Below are positions 45,569 to 55,099 of a DNA stretch of 64,000 bases, in pieces (the first letter of the stretch is position 1; each line of letters starts with the position of its first letter). Source of the stretch: a virus. The stretch is taken from positions 1 through 64,000 of IMG/VR virus record IMGVR_UViG_3300045988_131014. One strand, written 5' to 3'. The position numbers were made by a program, and so were the translations under genes. The notes below the pieces were generated by a model. The model was given only the letters and a program-made list of their open reading frames with translations, had not been told where the DNA came from and made no database searches.

Positions 45569-45849
45569 CAGAAAGTGAAGCTATCGAAGAACTAAAATAT
45601 GATTGTAATGAACTTGGTAAAGCAATCCCATGTGATACTTCATGGGGATGTTCTTTTGAAAATGCTTATGGAATGGCAATACAGGCACTTGAAAAGCAGA
45701 CACCAAAGAAAGTAAAAAATAGCGGAGAGAGAATTCCGTTTGAATGGTATTGTCCTACTTGCGGAGAAATATTGTGTGATGATGGCTACAAAGATATCGA
45801 CATTAAATATTGTGATCAATGCGGTCAGGCATTAGATTGGGAAAATTAA
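45565..45849 (+). CDS. hypothetical zinc-ribbon protein
   Basis: 4-nt overlap with the previous gene; CPTCGE..CDQCGQ. Confidence 0.6.
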   Translation: MTESEAIEELKYDCNELGKAIPCDTSWGCSFENAYGMAIQALEKQTPKKVKNSGERIPFEWYCPTCGEILCDDGYKDIDIKYCDQCGQALDWEN

Positions 45850-45918
45850 GAGAATAAGAATAATGAAAGGAGACGAGGTTCGTGTACACAAGAAGGAATT
45901 CCTTACTCCAAGTAATTT

Positions 45919-46653
45919 ATGAAATATATGGGTTCAAAATCTCGTATAGTTGATAATATTTTACCGATTATTCAAGAAAGATTGCGAGATTATAATATCA
46001 AAACATACATAGAGCCATTTTGCGGTGGTTGTAATGTAATCGACAAAGTTCAGTGTGACACAAAAATCGCTTCTGACAATCATAAATATCTTATTGAAAT
46101 GTTCAAGAATCTAAATCAGATTCAAAATCTCCCAGAATTTATTACAAAAGAACACTATTCAGATGTAAGAGAGTGCTTTAACAAAAGATTGTCTACATAT
46201 CCTGATTGGTATATTGGAGCAGTTGGTTTTCTCTCAAGTTATAACGGCAGATTCTTTGATGGCGGTTACTCAGGTATCGTACATACAAAAGCTGGAACTG
46301 AAAGAAATTATTATGACGAAGCTAAGAGAAATTTGTTAGAACAAATTCCAAGGTTAGAAGATATTCAATTCCAATGTGGAGATTATGAAGAGTTATATTC
46401 TGATAAAGTTGACTGCTTATTTTATTGCGATATTCCATATAAGGGTACGAAACAATATGGATCAAGTAAGAACTTTGATTATGACAGATTTTGGAATTGG
46501 GCTGAGAAGATGAGTGAGAGGAATATTGTCTTAGTCAGTGAGCATGAAGCTCCTTCAGAATGGGAATGTATTTGGCAACAGGAAGTCAAAAGAACGATTG
46601 ACAATACAAAGCGAGTTAAAGCAGTAGAAAAGTTATTTGAAATAAGAGAATAA
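45919..46653 (+). CDS. dam: DNA N6-adenine methyltransferase (Dam / D12 class)
   Basis: MKYMGSKSRIV, motif I YIEPFCGGCNV, motif IV YCDIPYKGT. Confidence 0.85.
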   Translation: MKYMGSKSRIVDNILPIIQERLRDYNIKTYIEPFCGGCNVIDKVQCDTKIASDNHKYLIEMFKNLNQIQNLPEFITKEHYSDVRECFNKRLSTYPDWYIGAVGFLSSYNGRFFDGGYSGIVHTKAGTERNYYDEAKRNLLEQIPRLEDIQFQCGDYEELYSDKVDCLFYCDIPYKGTKQYGSSKNFDYDRFWNWAEKMSERNIVLVSEHEAPSEWECIWQQEVKRTIDNTKRVKAVEKLFEIRE

Positions 46654-46672
46654 ATATCTGGGAGGTGATAAT

Positions 46673-47059
46673 TTGATAGAACCAAAGTCTTGTGTACAAG
46701 AATTAATATCTATGGAATGTATAGACAGAAGTGTTTTAATCCTATATCCATATGGACTTAGCAATGAACCAATATTAAAAGACAATATTCCCAAAATGAC
46801 AAAAGTGATAAGAGAATATATAAAAGAGTATGAAATGTATAGAAAGTGTGTAGATACAATTCCAAATCTTATATGGGATTCTCAAAAATTATCTATGCAG
46901 AATGAAGCTGATGAGCATCAAAGAAAAGCCGATGAACTTGCAAAAATAATGAATGAAGGTATCAGCCCTTATGCATGGTATGTCAAAGGTAGGTTTAATG
47001 GAGAGATAGGTGTGCTTCATTATAATGTAGATAATATAGTTTATTTGGATAGAAACTAA
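46673..47059 (+). CDS. hypothetical protein (TTG start)
   Basis: GGGAGGTG 5 nt upstream. Confidence 0.6.
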   Translation: MIEPKSCVQELISMECIDRSVLILYPYGLSNEPILKDNIPKMTKVIREYIKEYEMYRKCVDTIPNLIWDSQKLSMQNEADEHQRKADELAKIMNEGISPYAWYVKGRFNGEIGVLHYNVDNIVYLDRN

Positions 47060-47297
47060 AAAGAAATTTTGGTTTCATTTGGTTCTTAAAAAATCACTTA
47101 TTTTCAAATCAATCGCTCAAAACCCTTAATTTATAAGGCTTTCAGAGCATTGATTTTTATAAAATTAGACAAATCCTTAAAAATGCCGTATTTTACTCAA
47201 TTTTTGACGATTTTCAAATTTTCATGCCCTGCAACCCTTGATTTTACTAGGGTTACAGAGCCAAGGAAATCCACGTTTCTTTTGAGGAGGTGATTGA

Positions 47298-47459
47298 TTG
47301 GATACATCGTGTGAAACTTGTAAATGTAATACATGTAAGATGAATGAAAATGGTGGTATTTATGGTGGATGTCTTGACTGTGAAAATTGCAAAGAACAAG
47401 ATTTACACTGTGAAGGTTGTTCAATGTATGAATATGACAAAGATAGACTGAGTAATTAA
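47298..47459 (+). CDS. small Cys-rich protein (12 Cys in 53 aa, TTG start)
   Basis: GAGGAGG upstream; SCETCKCNTCK..CLDCENCK..CEGC. Confidence 0.45.
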   Translation: MDTSCETCKCNTCKMNENGGIYGGCLDCENCKEQDLHCEGCSMYEYDKDRLSN

Positions 47460-47471
47460 GAGAATAATAGT

Positions 47472-47753
47472 ATGAATAAGAGACAGAAAAAGAAATTTAT
47501 TAAGAATAATATGACAAAGCTAAGGAAGATACATCCAAATGAAGGTGATATTGTAGTTCTTCAATGGAATCCAGATAGTGAATATATAAATTTTGACACC
47601 ATTGTTGAGTTCTATAAAGCTTGGGAGAATGCAGGAATTTTTGATAAATGCGGAGCTGCTATTGTTCCGTGCGACTTTAAGATTTTCAACAAGGAAGAAG
47701 CTCAGATATATATTGATAAGTTACAGAGCATTGTAGATCAGATGGGAGAATAA
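47472..47753 (+). CDS. hypothetical protein
   Basis: 93-aa ORF preceded by the AAGAGAATAA motif. Confidence 0.6.
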   Translation: MNKRQKKKFIKNNMTKLRKIHPNEGDIVVLQWNPDSEYINFDTIVEFYKAWENAGIFDKCGAAIVPCDFKIFNKEEAQIYIDKLQSIVDQMGE

Positions 47754-47757
47754 GAAC

Positions 47758-48138
47758 ATGAGTAAATATAAGGTAAGTAATTATATTGCGAAAAAGTGGG
47801 AAGATATTTCAAAAGAGACACCAATGTATAAAGCTTATGAATTAGGTATAGCACAGGGAATGGCTTGGAGTTATGAAAATTTAAAATCTGCAACAGATAA
47901 GGAAACAGCAGATAAAATATGGCGTAATTATTTAGATGGAACAGATGAATTATGCACCATTTTTAGAACAATTGTTAATTTATCAAATGATGATACCAAT
48001 TCAAAAATTGAAAAATTAATGGAGAGACTATCTGAGACTAAGAAACCAGAAAAGGTTATGTCTGATGATGATAGAGATATGATTGAAGAGTTTCTTGAAT
48101 ATCTACAACATAAAAATGAAAATAAAAAGTCTAATTAA
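47758..48138 (+). CDS. hypothetical protein
   Basis: 126-aa ORF abutting the previous gene. Confidence 0.6.
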   Translation: MSKYKVSNYIAKKWEDISKETPMYKAYELGIAQGMAWSYENLKSATDKETADKIWRNYLDGTDELCTIFRTIVNLSNDDTNSKIEKLMERLSETKKPEKVMSDDDRDMIEEFLEYLQHKNENKKSN

Positions 48139-48244
48139 AGAAGCATTTCCTGTTGATTTTATCTAAGAGCGTTTCTGCTCACAATTTCCAAAATAAAAGA
48201 GAGAATAATTAAGCGACAATAAAAGTTTGAAGGAGATATGTTTT

Positions 48245-48937
48245 ATGAGTAAGAAGCAACAATTTAAAGGTTTGAAATTTAATTATTCCATAAATGGGAA
48301 AGGCTTGAAAAGTAAATATAAGACAATCAAGGATTTCTTAAACACAGAATTCCCAAAGAACAATAATCCATTGTCGCCTACTCTTGATACAGAGATTACA
48401 GGAATTAAATGGAATGGTAATACTATTTCTATTTCCAATAAAATTCACACAGTAAGAGATTTGGTTAACTTATTAAGCAAGAAAAATACAGAAAATGTTT
48501 TTATTTCAAATAAAGATATTAGATTGCATGAGTTTAAACCAAAACATGACAATCTCATCAGAAAATCCACGTACTCCATAGGAGAGGTACACGATAAGGT
48601 TAAAGATGTTTTATTTGAGAAAGATAAAAGACTTGCAAAAGTTGATTTCGATGGGGATTTAATTAAGGGTAACAGCCAGAGATACCAGACTTTTTTCACT
48701 AAAGGCTGTAAATGTGCAGTTTGTGGAATTGAAGGAAAATATTTTGCAAAAGAAAGACATTTGCAGGATAAGAATTATCATCTGAATTTGTATGCAGTTG
48801 ATGATAATGGTGATGAAATTTTAATGACAAAAGATCATATTATACCACGCTCAAAAGGTGGTATTGATGATATTAGTAACTATCAAACAATGTGTAAGCT
48901 TTGTAATGAAGCAAAAGGCAACAAATTAGAAGATTAA
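48245..48937 (+). CDS. HNH endonuclease
   Basis: C-terminal CAVCG..KDHIIPRSKGGIDDISNYQTMCKLCNEAKGNK. Confidence 0.85.
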   Translation: MSKKQQFKGLKFNYSINGKGLKSKYKTIKDFLNTEFPKNNNPLSPTLDTEITGIKWNGNTISISNKIHTVRDLVNLLSKKNTENVFISNKDIRLHEFKPKHDNLIRKSTYSIGEVHDKVKDVLFEKDKRLAKVDFDGDLIKGNSQRYQTFFTKGCKCAVCGIEGKYFAKERHLQDKNYHLNLYAVDDNGDEILMTKDHIIPRSKGGIDDISNYQTMCKLCNEAKGNKLED

Positions 48938-49009
48938 AAATAAGAAAGGAAAAATAGAAAAGTTCCTATAGGATAAAGTGCGCACTACTTACTAAGATAA
49001 GAGGAACTT

Positions 49010-50329
49010 ATGTATTGTGCTTATATCACAACATTAAAAGGATTAAGAAAACATAGTAACGCTGATAGATTACAGTGTGTAGAAGTATTTGGACAGAATG
49101 TAATTGTAGATTTGAGTTATCATGAAGGGCAGAAAGTGGTCTTCTTCCCATCTGACGGTCAGTTATCACTTGAGTATGCAACAGATAACAACCTTGTAAG
49201 GAAGAAAGACGAAAGCGGAAACAACATTGGTGGTTATATGGATGCTGAGAAGAGAAATGTAACCGCTATTAGACTTAGAGGTGAGAAGTCAGAAGGACTT
49301 GTATTACCTGTTGAGACGCTTTCTAAGTATACAGATATTTCAAAATTAAAAGATGGCGATCAGATTACAGTTCTTGGTGGTCATGAGATTTGTCAGAAAT
49401 ATATTCCTAGTGGAAAGAATCGTTCAAGAAGTGATGGAAATAGTTCAAATAAGAAGAACAAGTTTCAGAAAGAAACAGTATCATATCCATTTTTTGAGGA
49501 GCATAAAGATACTGCACAGCTTGCATATAATATGTCAGCATTTAAGCCAGGAGATACAATTTATATTACTCGTAAGCTCCATGGAACATCAGCTCGTACT
49601 ATGAAGACTGTTAAGGTTACAAAGAAGAATAGTAAACTGAGAAAGTTCTTACATATGCAGCCAAAGGTTACAAGAGAAGTTTCTGTTGTATCTGGTAGCA
49701 GAAGAGTTGTATTAAAGGATATGACAAAGAATGATGGATATTATTCTGATAATGGATTTAGAAAGAAGTACCACGATTTATTAAAAGACAAGCTTCCTGA
49801 GGGTGCTGAGATTTTCTATGAAATTGTAGGATATGTAAATGAAACAACACCAATTATGGGTTCAGTATCTAATAAAGGAGTTAAGGAAAAAGAATTTACA
49901 AAGAAATTTGGTGACATCACAACATTCTCATATGGTTGTGAGCCAGGCGAAAATGAGATGTATGTATATCGAATGACAATGACAACAGCAGACGGAACAG
50001 TTGTTGAAGTGCCTTGGGAGATTGTAGAGGTATGGTGTGACAAGTTGGGTGTTAAGCATGTACCTGATTTAGAGAAGTTTATTTTTACTACACCAGAAGA
50101 TTTGAAAGAAAGAGTAAATAAATATCTTGATGGTATGCCAGCAGATGAAATCGGTAAGACACATGTTGCCGAAGGTGTAGTTGTTCGTATTGATAACAGA
50201 GCAACATTCACGGCTTATAAGGATAAGGTGTTTGAATTTAAGGTAATTGAGGGGATCGCCAAAGATACATCTGATGTACCTGATATGGAAGAAGCTGAAG
50301 AATTATTTGAGGAGACTTTAAATGAATAA
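49010..50329 (+). CDS. ATP-dependent RNA ligase (Rnl2/DRB0094-like)
   Basis: N-terminal NADRLQCVEVFGQNVIV module, motif I RKLHGTS, motif IV AEGVVVRI, motif V YKDKVFEFK. Confidence 0.75.
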   Translation: MYCAYITTLKGLRKHSNADRLQCVEVFGQNVIVDLSYHEGQKVVFFPSDGQLSLEYATDNNLVRKKDESGNNIGGYMDAEKRNVTAIRLRGEKSEGLVLPVETLSKYTDISKLKDGDQITVLGGHEICQKYIPSGKNRSRSDGNSSNKKNKFQKETVSYPFFEEHKDTAQLAYNMSAFKPGDTIYITRKLHGTSARTMKTVKVTKKNSKLRKFLHMQPKVTREVSVVSGSRRVVLKDMTKNDGYYSDNGFRKKYHDLLKDKLPEGAEIFYEIVGYVNETTPIMGSVSNKGVKEKEFTKKFGDITTFSYGCEPGENEMYVYRMTMTTADGTVVEVPWEIVEVWCDKLGVKHVPDLEKFIFTTPEDLKERVNKYLDGMPADEIGKTHVAEGVVVRIDNRATFTAYKDKVFEFKVIEGIAKDTSDVPDMEEAEELFEETLNE

Positions 50330-51212
50330 ACCTACAATGTGGGTACTCGTTTGACTGAGTGGTAGTGGCAAGTCAACCATTGCTACTCAGATTGCCAATG
50401 AGAATCCAAATACAGTAATCGTATCATCAGACGCAATTCGTGAAGAATTAACAGGTAATTACGAAGATCAAGAACATAACGAAGAAGTGTTTAAGATTTT
50501 TCACGATAGAATCCGCAAGAATTTGGAGAATAAAAAGAATGTAATTGCAGATGCAACTAATCTAACTATGAAATCTCGTAGAGCAATTATGATGAAAGTA
50601 AATGGTTTAAATGTCAGAAAAGTATGTGTAATTATTCCAAAGCCATTTAAACAGTGCAAAAAAGATAATCTACATAGAGAACATCCTGTACCTGATTTTG
50701 TGTTGGATAAGCAGATTAGAAAATATCAGATTCCGTTCTACGAGGAAGGATTCGATGAGATTATTATTCATAAATTTCATAATGCTAATGCAATGACCAC
50801 AGGTGGATTGATTGCTAAAATGAAAGATTTTGACCAGAAGAATCCTCATCATACTATGACTTTAGAAAATCATTGCTTTAATACATATGATTTATTTACA
50901 GAAAAAGGACATAAAGCTGAATACAATATTGGAGCAGTTCTTCATGATTATGGCAAACTATACTGCCAGACAATTGATGAAAATGGTATAGCTCATTATT
51001 ATGACCACCCATCTGTCGGATGCTATTTGGTTTTAGAGAGTTTAATGGAAGAGTTTAATAAGGTTGTATTAGATATATGTTTCCTCATCAATTACCATAT
51101 GATGCCTTTTAGTTGGGATACTGATAAAGCAAAGCAGCGTTGGAAAGAAAGATTTGGAGAATATAAATATAAGATGCTTTTAGATTTCAATGAATGTGAT
51201 AAAGCGAGGTAA
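50322..51212 (+). CDS. polynucleotide kinase (P-loop) fused to HD phosphohydrolase, with in-frame TGA at 50352..50354
   Basis: MNKPTMWVLV*LSGSGKST: the TGA sits at the first Gly position of Walker A. Downstream are SSDAIREEL, DATNL and the HD motifs HHTMTLENH..LHDYGK. The ATG overlaps the ligase stop. Confidence 0.7.
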
Positions 51213-51216
51213 GTGT

Positions 51217-51393
51217 ATGTGTAATCGTTGTGATTATGACTCACCTGATAATCGAATATATGTAGATCCATTGACGAATGAATATTATTTGGATATAGAA
51301 ACATCAGAATGGGATGAATATGACGATGGATTTGTTCATCAGGAAGAGTATATTGCATATTGTCCTTGGTGTGGAAGAAAGTTAGGAGAATAA
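51217..51393 (+). CDS. small zinc-ribbon protein
   Basis: CNRC..CPWCG. Confidence 0.55.
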   Translation: MCNRCDYDSPDNRIYVDPLTNEYYLDIETSEWDEYDDGFVHQEEYIAYCPWCGRKLGE

Positions 51394-51397
51394 AGAT

Positions 51398-51871
51398 ATG
51401 AGGATAGAATTAATTAGATTAAAATTTAACGACACTCATTCGTACAAGTATAAGCCATTTAAGTATTGTTGTGATGAAATTCAGAATAATGAGTGCATAG
51501 AATTTACAAACGAAAATTTAACAAATTTTAATGTTGATTATGATAAAGAATATGGTTTTATTCCTCAGCTCTGTACTTCACATACAGAAGTTATTACATC
51601 GTATGAAGATGAATGGGAACAGACAGACAATTATCCAATCCAGTTTTGTCCTCATTGTGGCAAAAAGATTGAGATTTCAGTCGTAGAAGAGATTAATGTA
51701 TCTGATAAGTACAATGAATTATCTAAGCAGCGTAATGAATTATGGAAGAAGTGTCAGAGAACAGATAGTAAGAAGAAAGAATCTGAATTAAGAGAGCAAG
51801 TTAGAAAGCTTGATAAACAGATTGATAGTTTCTATTGGTTAGATGAGTGGAAAGAGGACGTATATGTATAA
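51398..51871 (+). CDS. hypothetical zinc-ribbon protein
   Basis: 157-aa ORF; CPHCGK. Confidence 0.6.
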   Translation: MRIELIRLKFNDTHSYKYKPFKYCCDEIQNNECIEFTNENLTNFNVDYDKEYGFIPQLCTSHTEVITSYEDEWEQTDNYPIQFCPHCGKKIEISVVEEINVSDKYNELSKQRNELWKKCQRTDSKKKESELREQVRKLDKQIDSFYWLDEWKEDVYV

Positions 51872-52277
51872 ACAAATTATTATTGCTAGAAAAGATTTGA
51901 ATATGAGTTCTGGGAAGCTCGCAGCTCAAGTCAGCTACGGCTCTATGGCATTTCTTAGTTGGTTTATTAGAAATAATGCCGATTTAGATGGTCATGTCGA
52001 TGGCTATATTGACGAAGATATTCTTCACAATTGGATTGAGGGTGAATTTACAAAATGTGTTCTTCAAGCCAAGAATAAGAATCAGTTGCTAAAAGCTAAG
52101 ACTATGGCAGAAGAATTAGGAATGGTTGAAGGCAAAGATTTCTGGCTCATAAAGGATAACTATCACACTGAATTAGAACCAGAAGAAGATGGTAGAACAC
52201 TTACTGTAATTGGTTTTAGACCAATGGACAGTGAACTTATTGATCAGATTGGAAGAAAATATCATTTATATATGTAG
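51864..52277 (+). CDS. peptidyl-tRNA hydrolase, PTH2 (archaeal/eukaryotic type)
   Basis: KQIIIARKDLNMSSGKLAAQVSYGSMAF matches the PTH2 N-terminal signature; size is about 137 aa. Confidence 0.75.
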   Translation: MYKQIIIARKDLNMSSGKLAAQVSYGSMAFLSWFIRNNADLDGHVDGYIDEDILHNWIEGEFTKCVLQAKNKNQLLKAKTMAEELGMVEGKDFWLIKDNYHTELEPEEDGRTLTVIGFRPMDSELIDQIGRKYHLYM

Positions 52278-52294
52278 AAATGGAGAATAATAAA

Positions 52295-52630
52295 ATGGCA
52301 AATAGATTATTATTTGAGAAAGATATTATTAGAGCAGTTGATAGGCATACGAATGACGATAGTAAGTTAGATGATGATATTAGCTGTATTCTTGAAGAAG
52401 TTGAAACAGCTACAATAGAACTTCCACCTATTATATTATCTCCAAAAGTAGAAACTAAACCAGTGCAGAAACAGAGACGAGTATTATTATTCGAGAATGA
52501 GAATCTTGACTTAGAGCAGCGTGGTAACAGATATTATTTATCCCTTTATGATAAGGAAGGAAAATTTCAGAGAGAAGTAACTATTGATGTAAAGGATGAC
52601 TATAAAGTTGGACTTGGGAATGGTAAGTAG
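52295..52630 (+). CDS. hypothetical protein
   Basis: GGAG 8 nt upstream of MANRLL. Confidence 0.6.
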   Translation: MANRLLFEKDIIRAVDRHTNDDSKLDDDISCILEEVETATIELPPIILSPKVETKPVQKQRRVLLFENENLDLEQRGNRYYLSLYDKEGKFQREVTIDVKDDYKVGLGNGK

Positions 52631-52639
52631 AGGAGTTTT

Positions 52640-52828
52640 ATGAGATCAGAGATTAAAAGACGACAATTTTCTGAAAATCATCAATCTTGGTTCTCCCATG
52701 ATTATGCTTGTTGGGCAAATAATCACAATGGTTGGAGAAAGATGAAAAAGAAGAATCGTAGATTATTCAAAAAGAAATATAGAAGAGAAGTTGAGAAAGA
52801 TATTAATAAAGAATTGAATGATATGTAA
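52640..52828 (+). CDS. hypothetical basic protein
   Basis: 62-aa ORF with GAGGAG upstream. Confidence 0.55.
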   Translation: MRSEIKRRQFSENHQSWFSHDYACWANNHNGWRKMKKKNRRLFKKKYRREVEKDINKELNDM

Positions 52829-52891
52829 TAACAGTAAATTCAGGTTTCTTTTGGTTACAAAGAAAGAATATTAGAGCGAGGTGAACGATTA

Positions 52892-53518
52892 ATGTCTTTG
52901 GCATATAAAAATGACACATACAACTATAATGGCGAATATGAAATGGGTTCATTAAATAAGTTTGCACAAGCAGAAAGAAGATTGTCTGCAAAGAAACAAG
53001 CATTGGATGATATGAAGAATGAATATAACCTTATTGAACAACAAACATTTCGCATTTATAAAGAAAACATCCAGTATATGCTGCTTGATCAGCCGTCCAC
53101 GATTAAAATGTGTAGAGAATGGTTAAATATGTTATTAAAAAATCAGGATACGGACGGTAACAAGCTTGACAAAAGAAAGAAGTATAAAGAAAAGGAAACA
53201 TATGATTGGTATGTCAATTATATTAAAAAGCTTCTTGATATTGAGTATATGAATGATGTTAAATTCATTGACTTTAATTTTGGGCAAGCTACTAATATTC
53301 AGTTTGAATATAAAAAGCATAATTGGCGTTTAGAAATTCCTCATATTAAAGCTATCAAATTAGATGCATATAAGAATTATGGTGGCAGTGTATTTGAACT
53401 TGCGTTAGTACACAATGATATAGAATATAGTTGTAGTTGGTCGCAGTTTGGCTCTACATATGAGGAAGATGAATTAAGAGATATTATGACACAAGGTATT
53501 GAGAAATATTGTAATTAG
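52892..53518 (+). CDS. hypothetical protein
   Basis: 208-aa ORF with GCGAGGTG upstream. Confidence 0.65.
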   Translation: MSLAYKNDTYNYNGEYEMGSLNKFAQAERRLSAKKQALDDMKNEYNLIEQQTFRIYKENIQYMLLDQPSTIKMCREWLNMLLKNQDTDGNKLDKRKKYKEKETYDWYVNYIKKLLDIEYMNDVKFIDFNFGQATNIQFEYKKHNWRLEIPHIKAIKLDAYKNYGGSVFELALVHNDIEYSCSWSQFGSTYEEDELRDIMTQGIEKYCN

Positions 53519-53577
53519 TTGGGAGTAACTTTACAAGAAAGCAACATATCCTTGGATTATTGAAAAGAGGTGATTGA

Positions 53578-54054
53578 GTGTTAGTACCTGCAATTTTATA
53601 TAAAGAACAGATTAAAAAAGAATTTCAGAAATATTACTATACAACAGATATGATGTACGAGACTGGTTGCATGTGCAATTGGAGTCCTGAAATTGCAGAA
53701 TGTCCAAATGAGAGTCAATTCCAATATGCAATAGTTGATAAGAACGAAAAAGTCATTGGCTACTTAGGATATTCAGTAGATTGGTATGCGTCTAAAGCGT
53801 ATAACTTTGGATTATTTTCATTTGACAGAGGGAATATCTTGGTTGGTAAGAATGTATTCGATAAATTAGAAGAATTGATTAAAACATTACATAGAGTTGA
53901 ATGGAGAGCTGTTGGTGGCAATCCTGCTTGTAGAGGATATGATAGCTTTATCGAGAGACATAATGGAACGAAACATGTTCTAAAAGATTCGATTAAAGAT
54001 AAGAATGGTAAATATCACGATGATATTATTTATGAGATTGTGAGTGGAGAATAA
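53578..54054 (+). CDS. possible GNAT-family acetyltransferase (GTG start)
   Basis: LHRVEWRAVGGNPACRGYDSFIERHNG..GKYHDDIIYEI resembles the GNAT C-terminal half. Confidence 0.4.
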   Translation: MLVPAILYKEQIKKEFQKYYYTTDMMYETGCMCNWSPEIAECPNESQFQYAIVDKNEKVIGYLGYSVDWYASKAYNFGLFSFDRGNILVGKNVFDKLEELIKTLHRVEWRAVGGNPACRGYDSFIERHNGTKHVLKDSIKDKNGKYHDDIIYEIVSGE

Positions 54055-54075
54055 TACATTGGAGGTGAAAACATA

Positions 54076-54507
54076 ATGGAAATGTATACAGAGATTAATG
54101 TGTGTTTTGATTTGTTAAGGAACACACCGAAAGACATTGTAGATATTTTACATTGTCTTATAGAAGGAACAGATGCTCCTTTAATATTACCAGAACACAA
54201 ATTTTTCAGGTGTGATAGATGGAGTATGGTCGCTTGTTGTGACAGTTATTATTTTGATGGCTCAACTAACAGTAAAATGGTGTTTGATGATATTTCTAAA
54301 ACTTGGAAAATTAATATCAGAGCCAATTTGAAAAATTATGATTCTGAAATTGAAGAGTTTTTAGATTGGTTAGAGCCTTATATCGGAACAGATGGTTTTA
54401 TTGGATACATGAGATATGAAGAGTGGGAAGATCCAACATTAATTTATAATGATTTTGACAATGATAAAATTGTATTTAAATGCGTAGAAGCAGCAGAAGT
54501 TGAATAA
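54076..54507 (+). CDS. hypothetical protein
   Basis: 143-aa ORF with TTGGAGGTG upstream. Confidence 0.65.
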   Translation: MEMYTEINVCFDLLRNTPKDIVDILHCLIEGTDAPLILPEHKFFRCDRWSMVACCDSYYFDGSTNSKMVFDDISKTWKINIRANLKNYDSEIEEFLDWLEPYIGTDGFIGYMRYEEWEDPTLIYNDFDNDKIVFKCVEAAEVE

Positions 54508-54528
54508 ATTTAAAGGAGAATATTAAAC

Positions 54529-54855
54529 ATGGAAACAATTTTAAGATTATTAGCAGAGAACCCAGAAAGTTTAGGAGAGGTAGTAAAAACATATATTACA
54601 AAGTACAAAGAGCCTGTATATGATGTTCTGAAGGAACTCATGATTATTGCAAAGGATTATTCTGAGAATACTGAGTATCCTGCAATTCAGGCGAGAACTA
54701 AGAAAAATATGTTTGATGCATATGTAAATGTTGGTTTTACTGAGGATCAGGCATTAGCACTTATGATTAACGATAATATTCAGCTTATGAAGAATATTCA
54801 GAAATCAGTTAATAATACTTCTGTAAAAAAAGAGCAAGTAGTGGTTTCTAAGTAA
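54529..54855 (+). CDS. hypothetical protein
   Basis: 108-aa ORF with AAAGGAG upstream. Confidence 0.65.
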   Translation: METILRLLAENPESLGEVVKTYITKYKEPVYDVLKELMIIAKDYSENTEYPAIQARTKKNMFDAYVNVGFTEDQALALMINDNIQLMKNIQKSVNNTSVKKEQVVVSK

Positions 54856-55034
54856 ACAAATCTTTCAAGCGAATTTTCAATCTTCACTCGATAGAATTTA
54901 TGTTCATTTCCTTGCTTATCAAATCCTTTAATAATGGATTTATCTAGCCAAAAGTAGCCTTCTTTCAGATCTTCTAATGGCTGTTTAGTCGTATCTCGCA
55001 AGAATGTAAGATACTCATTGTAAATTGGGTTCAC
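54798..55034 (-). CDS. hypothetical protein (lone reverse-strand ORF, GTG start)
   Basis: 78-aa protein-like ORF in an otherwise ORF-free gap; converges on and overlaps gene 54529..54855. Confidence 0.35.
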   Translation of the reverse strand: MNPIYNEYLTFLRDTTKQPLEDLKEGYFWLDKSIIKGFDKQGNEHKFYRVKIENSLERFVYLETTTCSFFTEVLLTDF

Positions 55035-55099
55035 TCATATACCTGAGTGTTATGTACATAACCTTTTAACTAGTATTATCCTTACCTTTCTTTGATTTT

